Part shown: in pieces, positions 18,092-26,005 of the stretch
Position numbering within the stretch: position 1 is the first letter of the stretch
Layout: the number at the start of each line of letters is the position of its first letter
NCBI GenBank assembly: GCA_964353625.1
Contig: CAYGWT010000078.1
Span: forward strand, 1-41,059
Length of the DNA: 41,059 nt
Source of the DNA: an uncultured Candidatus Bathyarchaeia archaeon
Lineage (GTDB): Archaea; Thermoproteota; Bathyarchaeia; 40CM-2-53-6
Direction of reading: 5' to 3'
Translations under genes and position numbers: made by a program
Notes under the pieces: generated by a model
Told to the model about the DNA's origin: nothing
Seen by the model: the letters and a program-made list of their open reading frames with translations, nothing else
Databases searched by the model: none

Positions 18092-18553
18092 TTGTCGTAC
18101 GAGGAACATGCAAAAGCAATTGGAATTGAGATCCCGCCTGCTGCAACTCCTGTTGGGGCATACCTGCTCGCGGTTCAGAGCGGTACTTTGCTTTTTACGG
18201 CAGGTCAAGGGCCTGTGAAAGATGGTGTTCCCGTTTTCAGAGGCAAAGTTGGACGTGACATCACGGTTGAGGACGCGTATGAAGCCGCGAAACTTTCCGC
18301 GTTGAATTGCCTGGCCGCGGCGAAATCACTCTTGGGAACGCTCGACAGAATCGAACGTGTCGTGAAGGTGAACGGGTACGTCAACAGTGCATCGGGGTTC
18401 ACTGAGCAGGCAAAAGTCATGAACGGCGCTTCCGATATTTTGGCGCAGATCTTTGGAGAGAAGGGACGTCATGCTAGGACATCGGTTGGGGTGAGCGAGC
18501 TTCCTCAAAACATAGCCGTGGAAGTCGACCTTGTCCTGGCTTGCATGTCCTGA
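18092..18553 (+). CDS. RidA/YjgF/L-PSP family protein
   Basis: LLFTAGQGPV and ARTSVGVSELPQNIAVEVDLV motifs; 153 aa. Confidence 0.8.
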   Translation: MSYEEHAKAIGIEIPPAATPVGAYLLAVQSGTLLFTAGQGPVKDGVPVFRGKVGRDITVEDAYEAAKLSALNCLAAAKSLLGTLDRIERVVKVNGYVNSASGFTEQAKVMNGASDILAQIFGEKGRHARTSVGVSELPQNIAVEVDLVLACMS

Positions 18554-18584
18554 TCGCGAGTTCATTCCGTCGAGCTTCAATAAG

Positions 18585-19697
18585 CTATTGAGGAGGCAAG
18601 GGAGGCTGCCTTGCGCCACAGTGAGGGCAAAAAACCGCCAGAATGACGAGTTGCGCTCCACAGTTTACACAGTTCTTGATACCCCGTGGAGGTTTATGAG
18701 TTGGTGCCGGAGGTTCCGGAGTTTTGGGAGCGGAAACGACTGGGACTCCGGAGGGGCCTGCAAAAGTCCGTAGGCTATGTGCCTTGTCTGCATAGATGAA
18801 GAACAACAGTAAGGTAAAGAATGCTGAGAGTAAGGCGGAAATCATTGAATAAGCAACATTACTCGCTCTGAGCATCATCTCTAGTAGGCGAACACTATCT
18901 GTGTAGATCGCTGGGTTACTTAGTTCCAAGTACGAGATGCCCGGCCACATGAAGGACGTAACCAAGGATGCTAACAGCCAAGCGATTCCTGATATGACAA
19001 TGTAGCCTATCATCGTTGCGAGGTTACTTCGCACGAAAACGAAGCTTAACTTTATCGATTTCATTATTCCAAGATCATCCATTACTAGAGCCTGCATCCA
19101 TGGGACAAGGAAGATGTAGAGAACGAGTTCAATCAATGCAACCACGAATACAATGCCGAGCAATGCGAAAACGATTGGGGCAAGCAAGTTGAAGATAGTC
19201 GCGGGTGTGAGCTCTCCCGGAGTAGTCATCTGCCCTAGATTGAGCGTAAGAATACTCGCCACCGCAGCTGCCGTTCCAATAGCCACCGGGAGAACAAAGA
19301 ATATCGCGACCAGCAACCGGCCGCCAAGGATCCGGAGGAAATACTTCCTGGATCCAACCAACAGATCAGCAAACTCTGTTCGTCCGTCGACGACAGCACG
19401 CTTGTTCATGTATACCCAGCCAGCGGTTAGGAACGTGTCAACAAGGAAGATTCCCACGAAGAGGAGCACGCCACCCACGACGATCGGGGTGAGGCTCTCA
19501 ATATCTGCGGTCAGTCCGAATGCTATCAGTAGCGGAAAGAGCGTGAAGGACGCTATCGTCAAGAAGGCGAGCGGTACAATCGCCTGAATCAGGATCGGCG
19601 GCACTATCAATATCCAGTTGTTTCTTATTCGCGCTGCACATTTGCTGATCAACGCTCCGAGATCCATTTGTATCACCGTGACAACCGACTTCATCAA
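18585..19697 (-). CDS. Multi-pass membrane protein with a Pro-rich linker and a C-terminal zinc ribbon
   Basis: Several long hydrophobic segments are followed by PKTPEPPAPTHKPP and then CVNCGAQL...CPHCG. Confidence 0.6.
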   Translation of the reverse strand: MMKSVVTVIQMDLGALISKCAARIRNNWILIVPPILIQAIVPLAFLTIASFTLFPLLIAFGLTADIESLTPIVVGGVLLFVGIFLVDTFLTAGWVYMNKRAVVDGRTEFADLLVGSRKYFLRILGGRLLVAIFFVLPVAIGTAAAVASILTLNLGQMTTPGELTPATIFNLLAPIVFALLGIVFVVALIELVLYIFLVPWMQALVMDDLGIMKSIKLSFVFVRSNLATMIGYIVISGIAWLLASLVTSFMWPGISYLELSNPAIYTDSVRLLEMMLRASNVAYSMISALLSAFFTLLLFFIYADKAHSLRTFAGPSGVPVVSAPKTPEPPAPTHKPPRGIKNCVNCGAQLVILAVFCPHCGARQPPLPPQ

Positions 19698-19747
19698 GCT
19701 TCGAGAGTGAATTCGGAATTTAAGTGCGGCGTTGAGGGGGTCAGCGC

Positions 19748-20197
19748 TTAGGGTCTGAGGTCTCGCACATAGTTGCCTGCGTCATGATCAAAGGGTATCT
19801 TGCGACCCTCACACAATGCAGCGAGATTCTCGACAAGTCCCTTCCAGTAGAACGTTACAGATTTGTGATCCTCCTCGCTTTCGTACGCGTTAAAGTGATC
19901 AAAAACCAGCAGCATGGTTTCGCCTGCACTTTTCTCCACGAAGCTCCAGATACCGAACCCAGGTACGACATCGCTGTATCGATGCACAGTCATGTGATTT
20001 TGCACCAATGCTACAATTTCTGCGCTAGGGTAGTTGTCCCCTACGAGTCTGCCTCCCACGACGAATCTTCCGATGCGACATCGTGGATCGTACCAGATCC
20101 TCAAAGTCCGCGTCTGCTGGAAACACTTGTACACTCGAGCAACAGAAGCTTTGATTCTCTTTTCGATGTGAATGGTGCCTGCCAATTTGCCCAACAC
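19748..20197 (-). CDS. SRPBCC/AHSA1-like small protein (tentative)
   Basis: 149 aa. The IHIEKRIKASVARVYKCF start is typical of START/AHSA1-type ligand-binding folds. No stronger motif was found. Confidence 0.4.
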   Translation of the reverse strand: MLGKLAGTIHIEKRIKASVARVYKCFQQTRTLRIWYDPRCRIGRFVVGGRLVGDNYPSAEIVALVQNHMTVHRYSDVVPGFGIWSFVEKSAGETMLLVFDHFNAYESEEDHKSVTFYWKGLVENLAALCEGRKIPFDHDAGNYVRDLRP

Positions 20198-20327
20198 CCA
20201 ACGATGAATGAACTCATCATGAACTGAATCCTATTCTTAACAAGTGTGCGCATAAGTATTTCCGAAACCAATGATCGAGAAGAGCATTACAGATGGCTTG
20301 TTGTGCTTTCGATAACTTATGTCATGC

Positions 20328-20334
20328 TTAAATA
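20328..20334 (+). promoter_or_regulatory. TATA-like box upstream of the HTH regulator gene
   Basis: TTAAATA is centred about 37 nt upstream of the TTG start at 20368. Confidence 0.3.
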
Positions 20335-20367
20335 GACGCCGTCGGGCTCCGTTGGTCGGTCACCGCG

Positions 20368-20745
20368 TTGTTGCTCCCTGATGAGATTGCCTCAAAGTCT
20401 GTCATTCCTGCGATCCGTGCGATGGTTGTTCGCAGACTTGTGGATGAGTACGGGATGACTCAGCAGCAGGCTGCATGTCTCTTGGGAATCACTCAACCAG
20501 CCGTGAGCAAGTACATGCACAACAAACGAGGGATTGCGATAAGGCTGGATGGCATCGATCGAGTGAACGAGGCGGCGAGCAAGATCGCTGCCATGCTCGT
20601 ATCGGGAAAGGCCGGGCAGGTTCAGATAATGAGTAAACTCAATGACGTCTCCGTGCAAGTTAGGAAGAGTAGACTCATGTGCGATCTTCACAGGCGCCTT
20701 GAACCTGGCTTAAACCTAGGTGGATGCCGGATATGCGAAGCCTAA
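20368..20745 (+). CDS. HTH transcriptional regulator (COG2522-like) with a C-terminal Cys motif
   Basis: GMTQQQAACLLGITQPAVSKYMHNKRG helix-turn-helix. C-terminal MCDLH...GGCRICE. Confidence 0.65.
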   Translation: MLLPDEIASKSVIPAIRAMVVRRLVDEYGMTQQQAACLLGITQPAVSKYMHNKRGIAIRLDGIDRVNEAASKIAAMLVSGKAGQVQIMSKLNDVSVQVRKSRLMCDLHRRLEPGLNLGGCRICEA

Positions 20746-20752
20746 CTGATCT

Positions 20753-20930
20753 GTAGCGTAGAGGTGTTCTATCCCCCAACATCTGTCAGCCTGTTCAGAT
20801 GTCTGACTCATGATCTTTATTCTCCTTTGCAGACTGCTATCCACACTGCCACTTCAATCCCTGCACGCCTCGCTACCAAACGCTCTTATCACTGACACAT
20901 CTGGGGGATAGAACATCCGTAGCTTAGAGG
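20753..20930. mobile_element. MITE-like element: imperfect terminal inverted repeats flanked by 12-nt direct repeats
   Basis: Left arm GTTCTATCCCCCAACATCTGTCAG (20766-20789). Right arm CTGACACATCTGGGGGATAGAAC (20892-20914). The outer 13 nt and the inner 6 nt are perfectly complementary. Flanked by GTAGCGTAGAGG (20753-20764) and GTAGCTTAGAGG (20919-20930). Confidence 0.4.
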
Positions 20931-20961
20931 ATAAGCAATGATCTGCAGGATGATATGAACA

Positions 20962-21522
20962 ATGGCAGCAGATAACCCCGCAGAAGAGTCTCAAACCTCG
21001 CATCCATATCCTATCTCGAGTGAGTCTCCAGGTTTCTGGGTTGGGAATCTCAGAGACTTTGTGGAAAAGGTCGTTGGCTGGGGTCCCGTGAAGTCCTTGA
21101 TCAACTGGAGTCGTATCTACTCCCTCTGGCCGGTTCACCTGATGACTGCTTGTTGCGGGGCTGAATTCGGCGCAATGATGAGCGGGAGATACGACCCTGA
21201 AAGATTCGGAATGCAGGCTGCGACTGGGTCGATGCGTCAGAGTGACCTTCTGATAATAGAGGGAACGGTGACAAAAAAAATGTTGAAGAGGGCTAAGGTG
21301 ACTTGGGAGCAAATGCCCAATCCAAAGTACGCGATTGCGATGGGCGACTGTGCATGCTCCGGTGGCCTCTTCCACGACTCGTATAGCATAATCAACGAGA
21401 TCGAAAAGGCCATTCCAATTGATGTCTTTGTTCCAGGATGCCCTCCTAGGCCTGAAGCGCTTCTAAATGCCGTGATTAAGTTGAGAGAGAAGATCCGACG
21501 AGAGGAGGTCTACACGAAATGA
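20962..21522 (+). CDS. nuoB: NADH-quinone oxidoreductase subunit B (NuoB)
   Basis: LWPVHLMTACCGAEF, AMGDCACSGG and VPGCPPRPEA (cluster N2 ligands). Confidence 0.9.
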   Translation: MAADNPAEESQTSHPYPISSESPGFWVGNLRDFVEKVVGWGPVKSLINWSRIYSLWPVHLMTACCGAEFGAMMSGRYDPERFGMQAATGSMRQSDLLIIEGTVTKKMLKRAKVTWEQMPNPKYAIAMGDCACSGGLFHDSYSIINEIEKAIPIDVFVPGCPPRPEALLNAVIKLREKIRREEVYTK

Positions 21523-22004
21523 CCGCTGTGCCCTCAACTTCAGAGGATCACATTGCGAACGCCATCAGGGAACACCTAGGTGCTGCAGTGGAGAATGTGG
21601 TGGTCATCCGCGAGAGCCGTATATCAGTCGTAGCCCGCGCGGAAGCAGTCAGAGAAGTTGCGACATGGCTGCAAGCTTTCGGATTCGACCATACGCTCGC
21701 AGTTTCTGGAGTTGATTACCCACCGGAGAATCGCATCGACGTTGTGTATTTCGTCTCATCTTACTCGCGTGACGATCTCAAGGGTGTAGTAGTATTGCTT
21801 ACAATCCACCTTGGACGAGAGAATCCTGTGCTTCCTTCGTTAACCCCAATCTGGGAGAGTGCTAACTTCTTCGAGCGTGAGACTTACGAAATGTTCGGAG
21901 TGAATTTTGAAGGTCACCCAAACCTGAAGAAGTTGTTGCTTCAGGACAACTGGGATGGGCCGCCTCCATTGAGAAAGGATCTGAAAATCCCGGAGATGGC
22001 ATAG
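21519..22004 (+). CDS. nuoC: NADH-quinone oxidoreductase subunit C (NuoC)
   Basis: WESANFFERETYEMFGVNFEGHPN motif. ATGA overlap with nuoB. Confidence 0.88.
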   Translation: MTAVPSTSEDHIANAIREHLGAAVENVVVIRESRISVVARAEAVREVATWLQAFGFDHTLAVSGVDYPPENRIDVVYFVSSYSRDDLKGVVVLLTIHLGRENPVLPSLTPIWESANFFERETYEMFGVNFEGHPNLKKLLLQDNWDGPPPLRKDLKIPEMA

Positions 22005-22005
22005 G

Positions 22006-23088
22006 TTGTCAACGCTCGATCTGAATGTTGGGCCTCAGCATCCTGGGTCTGGCCACATGCGAATCATGGTCAAAACAGATGGTGACTTCATAGTTGAGGC
22101 AACGCCAGATATCGGCTACGTTCACCGGGGATGCGAGAAGATAGCGGAGTCGAGGAATATCATAAAGAACATCCCTATGCTTGAGCGCCCCAACATTGTA
22201 GACTCATCAAACCTAAACTGGTCCTATATCCAACCAATCGAAGAGCTCCAGAGGGTCGAAGTCCCAGAACGTGCTGACTACATTCGCACAATACTTTGCG
22301 AGATCAACAGAATAGCAAGTCACCTTTATGGAATGGCGATATTGGCAGGGATATTTTCGGGACATACTACGATGTACATGTTTGGTTTTGGAGACCGGGA
22401 ACTACTCTTGGACCTGGCTGAGATGCTCACAGGAGCTAGACTGACATTCTCCTTCTTCGTGCCCGGAGGTGTTCGAAGAGACCTTCCAAAGGGTTTCAAG
22501 GAGCGGCTTCTAGAGACGCTCGACTATGTGGAACGTCGCCTCCCCGTGATTGACAGGATATTCGTGAGCAACCCTCTCTTCATCGAACGTGCGAAGGGCA
22601 TAGGAGTCCTCAACAGGGAAGATGCGATCAGGCTTGGTGTCGTCGGCCCGGTCGTGAGGGGTTCCGGTGTTCGATGCGACGTGAGAAAAGACGCGCCCTA
22701 TGGAGTCTACGACAAGGTAGACTTCGACATTCCTAACTTCAAGGAAGGGGACAGCCTCTCACGTTGGTTGGTCAGATTCGAGGAGATAAGACAAAGCATC
22801 TCGATCTTGCGGCAAGCGATTCGAGATATTCCCAAGGGGCCGATCTCTAGGAAGAGCCCCATCGTGGTTCCTCGTGGAGAGGCCATCGGCAGGGTCGAAT
22901 CTTCCCGCGGAGAGACAAACCATTACATCGTCGGGGATGGAGGCGACAGACCATACCGAGTCAAGATGAACACAGGTTCATTCAAGAACCTGCTGGCACT
23001 TCCGTTCTTGTTGAAAGGCGTTCGCATCGGTGACATGCCGATAGTCTACGGCAGCTTGGACTACTGGCCCGTGGAAGCGGACCGGTAG
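22006..23088 (+). CDS. nuoD: NADH-quinone oxidoreductase subunit D (NuoD)
   Basis: LNVGPQHPGSGHMRI, GYVHRGCEKIAE and C-terminal GSLDYWPVEADR. The N-terminal motif is the NuoD type (GPQHP), not the RxCGxC of [NiFe] hydrogenase large subunits. Confidence 0.88.
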   Translation: MSTLDLNVGPQHPGSGHMRIMVKTDGDFIVEATPDIGYVHRGCEKIAESRNIIKNIPMLERPNIVDSSNLNWSYIQPIEELQRVEVPERADYIRTILCEINRIASHLYGMAILAGIFSGHTTMYMFGFGDRELLLDLAEMLTGARLTFSFFVPGGVRRDLPKGFKERLLETLDYVERRLPVIDRIFVSNPLFIERAKGIGVLNREDAIRLGVVGPVVRGSGVRCDVRKDAPYGVYDKVDFDIPNFKEGDSLSRWLVRFEEIRQSISILRQAIRDIPKGPISRKSPIVVPRGEAIGRVESSRGETNHYIVGDGGDRPYRVKMNTGSFKNLLALPFLLKGVRIGDMPIVYGSLDYWPVEADR

Positions 23089-23091
23089 GAG

Positions 23092-23565
23092 ATGAGAGCG
23101 ATGTCGGTAGCTGTAGCATTCCTGGAAGCCGTGAAGCACATGTTCAAGAAAACTTTCACACTGAAGCATCCTTACCAAAGACATGAATTCCCGGACGGGT
23201 ATCGCGGGAGGCATCTGCTCTACATGGACCGATGTACTGGATGCGGAATATGCTCGTGGATTTGCCCAGAGAAATGCATCACGATGGTTCACACTACTGA
23301 CCAGAAAACGTATCCGCAAAACCCGTACAAGCGATTCCCTCAGTACTGGTACATCCGTTGTTGCTTCTGCCATTTCTGCACCGACTATTGCCCCAGTGGA
23401 GCTCTGGATTACACAAGCGACTATGATCTTGCCGAGTACGAGAAGGAACTAATCATTTGGAGCCCCGAAAGACTATCGAGAGTTCCCGAAGCATACGAAG
23501 GATACCGCACGAAGTTTCACGGCTCAGCTGGCGTTGACCACGTGCTCTCCGCTGAAGAGTCGTGA
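23092..23565 (+). CDS. nuoI: NuoI-like 2x[4Fe-4S] ferredoxin subunit
   Basis: CTGCGICSWICPEKCI and CCFCHFCTDYCPSGAL cluster motifs. Lies directly after nuoD. Confidence 0.8.
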   Translation: MRAMSVAVAFLEAVKHMFKKTFTLKHPYQRHEFPDGYRGRHLLYMDRCTGCGICSWICPEKCITMVHTTDQKTYPQNPYKRFPQYWYIRCCFCHFCTDYCPSGALDYTSDYDLAEYEKELIIWSPERLSRVPEAYEGYRTKFHGSAGVDHVLSAEES

Positions 23566-23828
23566 GACATGGAATGAGCCATATACAAGACTCCATCATT
23601 CGGAAGATAAACCGGCGTAAGAAATCTCGTGAACGAACTCGCGGGCCCTATCGAAAGTCATCGAGGGCCGGGCTGCCCGTCGCCAGTTCATAATGTGTTT
23701 GTGCCGGAGCCGAACCAAATGAGAAAGCATGATCAGATCTGTAGAGGGTTGGCACAAAGTCAAAGTATGACGTATGTTATCTTCGCCAAGAAACCCACAG
23801 ATAGGCTGACTGATCAGGGGAGAAAATA

Positions 23829-25058
23829 ATGGCGCTGAATGTGACCAAGTTACGTGCAGATTTTCCCATTTTGAAGAGGAAGATAGGTGGGAGACCTCTC
23901 GTCTATTTGGACAGTGCCGCGACCTCACAGAAGCCGAAAGCAGTAATCAACGCAATAAGCCGATACTACCGCGTATACAACGCGAATGTTCACAGAGGCA
24001 TCTATCGAATCAGCGAAGAAGCAACTATTGCGTTCGAGCAATCGAGGGAGAAGTTCGCTCGCTTCATCGGTGCAAAGACTCCGAAGGAGATTATATTTGT
24101 TCGAAATACAACAGAAGCCATAAACTTGGTAGCGTTCAGCTGGGCAAGAGCGAATCTCAAGACCGGAGATCATATTCTTCTCACCGAGACTGAGCACCAC
24201 AGCAACATAGTCCCATGGCAGATGCTAGCAAAAGAAAAAGGCCTCAGGCTCGACTATGTCAAGATGCAGGACGACGGAATACTCGACTGGGAGAGCTTCC
24301 AAGAGCTGATCAAACAAAGCCCAAGAATCCTGAGCCTTGCTCACGTCTCAAACGCATTAGGGACAATCAACCCGATCAAACACATGGCTCGAGAAGCGCA
24401 CAAAGCAGGCGCGATCGTCATCATCGACGGGGCGCAGTCCGTTCCACATATGCCGTTAGACGTTACTGATCTTGATTGCGATTTCATGGCGGCATCAGGC
24501 CACAAGATGTTGGCGCCCACCGGAATAGGGATGCTCTATGGAAGACAAGATCTTCTGGAACACATGGAGCCGCTGATGGGCGGCGGAGAAATGATCAAGG
24601 AAGTCCATCTCCAAAACTCTCGATGGAACGACCTCCCATGGAAATTCGAGGCGGGAACTCCGAATGTTGAAGGAGTCATCGGACTTGGGGCAGCAGTTGA
24701 CTACCTTTCGAAGTTGGGAATGGATAACGTTAGACAACATGAGAAGGATATCACAAGATATGCGCTTGACAGACTTGGGCGCGTCAAAGGCTTGGTTCTG
24801 TATGGCTCAAGGGATGTGGAGAAGCGCGGGGCGGTAATCTCGTTCAACCTAGAGGGCATACATGCCCATGACCTAGCCACAGTGCTGGACACTCAGGGGA
24901 TAGCGATAAGGTCCGGACACCATTGTGCTCAGCCACTAATGGACCGATTAGGCGTGTCAGCGACGTCTCGCGCTAGTTTCTACATTTACAACACGCCACG
25001 AGAAGTTGACTTTCTTATCAGGGCACTTGAAAGGGCAAGGAAGATGTTCAAGATATGA
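23829..25058 (+). CDS. sufS: Cysteine desulfurase, SufS type
   Basis: 409 aa. HHSNIVPWQ, PLP-lysine region SGHKM and the active-site loop RSGHHCAQP. Confidence 0.9.
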   Translation: MALNVTKLRADFPILKRKIGGRPLVYLDSAATSQKPKAVINAISRYYRVYNANVHRGIYRISEEATIAFEQSREKFARFIGAKTPKEIIFVRNTTEAINLVAFSWARANLKTGDHILLTETEHHSNIVPWQMLAKEKGLRLDYVKMQDDGILDWESFQELIKQSPRILSLAHVSNALGTINPIKHMAREAHKAGAIVIIDGAQSVPHMPLDVTDLDCDFMAASGHKMLAPTGIGMLYGRQDLLEHMEPLMGGGEMIKEVHLQNSRWNDLPWKFEAGTPNVEGVIGLGAAVDYLSKLGMDNVRQHEKDITRYALDRLGRVKGLVLYGSRDVEKRGAVISFNLEGIHAHDLATVLDTQGIAIRSGHHCAQPLMDRLGVSATSRASFYIYNTPREVDFLIRALERARKMFKI

Positions 25059-25456
25059 CACCAGATATCTACAGAGAGACGATCTTGGACCACTACAGGC
25101 ATCCTAGAAACTACGGAGACCTGCCAAATGCAAACACCCATGCGAGAGACTCGAACGTTCTATGCGGCGACGTAGTCGAGATACAGCTAAGAATCAACGC
25201 AAACAAGATTGAAGAGGCACGTTTCAGAGGAGAAGGATGCGCAATAAGCATAGCAACGGCTTCGATGCTCACGGAATTCTCCAAAGGCAAGTCAATCTCA
25301 GAGATCAAGGGCCTCGGAAACAAGGAACTCATTAAGCTCCTCGGGACGGACCCTGGACCGGCGAGGATTGAATGTGCGATACTTGGCCTGAAAGTCATGA
25401 AGGCGGCAATTAACAAGCGGCAAAATGTCAAGGCTTCCGAGGAAATCGGCTGCTAG
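25055..25456 (+). CDS. sufU: SufU/IscU-like Fe-S scaffold or sulfur acceptor
   Basis: ILDHYRHPRN, LCGDVVE, GEGCAIS and RIECAILG conserved Cys/Asp motifs. ATGA overlap with sufS. Confidence 0.85.
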   Translation: MTPDIYRETILDHYRHPRNYGDLPNANTHARDSNVLCGDVVEIQLRINANKIEEARFRGEGCAISIATASMLTEFSKGKSISEIKGLGNKELIKLLGTDPGPARIECAILGLKVMKAAINKRQNVKASEEIGC

Positions 25457-25674
25457 TCATTCCAATCACGATAAGGCAGCAGGGAAATGTTGAATTAGAA
25501 GTAATCTAATCTAGCGCAACATCCTGAAGGTAGGTGCCCAGTCGCTCCCCTTGGTACGTCCGTATTCGAGTAATGTAGGGTTAGAACCAAAGGGGTTCCT
25601 TACGTTTACCCTTATTAGGGCGTCCTTCTGTGCTGAGGAGGAGTTGCGTTAGGGTTCCCAATTTTCAGGGCCTA

Positions 25675-25998
25675 ATGAGCATTTGGATATTGGAGAGAGA
25701 CGATCATTTGAAGGATGAGGAGAATAAAATAGCTATTGACGTTTTCGAAAATCAGCTTGTTCCGAAACATGAGATTGTGCCCAGGCGCGAGGCTGAGGCA
25801 CTGCTCGAACGCCTGCACATCAAGGCGCATCAACTGCCTTACCTAAAAGCTGATGATCCAGCCGCGCGACAGATAGGTGCCAAGCCGTGGGATGTAGTAA
25901 AGATCACGCGTAAGAGTCCCACAGCCGGAGTGGTTGTAGTATACAGATACGTTATTGAGAGTTCAGCTGGAGGGGGAAAACCTGATCAGTCAAGTTGA
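25675..25998 (+). CDS. rpoH: DNA-directed RNA polymerase subunit H
   Basis: FENQLVPKHEIVPRREAEALLERLHIKAHQLPYLKADDPAARQIGAKPWDVVKITRKSPTAG is an Rpb5 C-domain. ATG 25675 is in frame with the track ORF that starts at GTG 25630. Confidence 0.88.
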   Translation: MSIWILERDDHLKDEENKIAIDVFENQLVPKHEIVPRREAEALLERLHIKAHQLPYLKADDPAARQIGAKPWDVVKITRKSPTAGVVVVYRYVIESSAGGGKPDQSS

Positions 25999-26005
25999 AC
26001 CGCAG

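Noticed and set aside
23574-23693. A 39-codon basic ORF (MSHIQDSIIRKINRRKKSRERTRGPYRKSS...) and track ORFs 23596-23928 (-) and 23629-23829 (+) in the nuoI-sufS gap
   Set aside because: I recognise no motif or start context in any of them, and the longer ORFs have implausible composition. The 263-nt gap remains unexplained but cannot be called coding.
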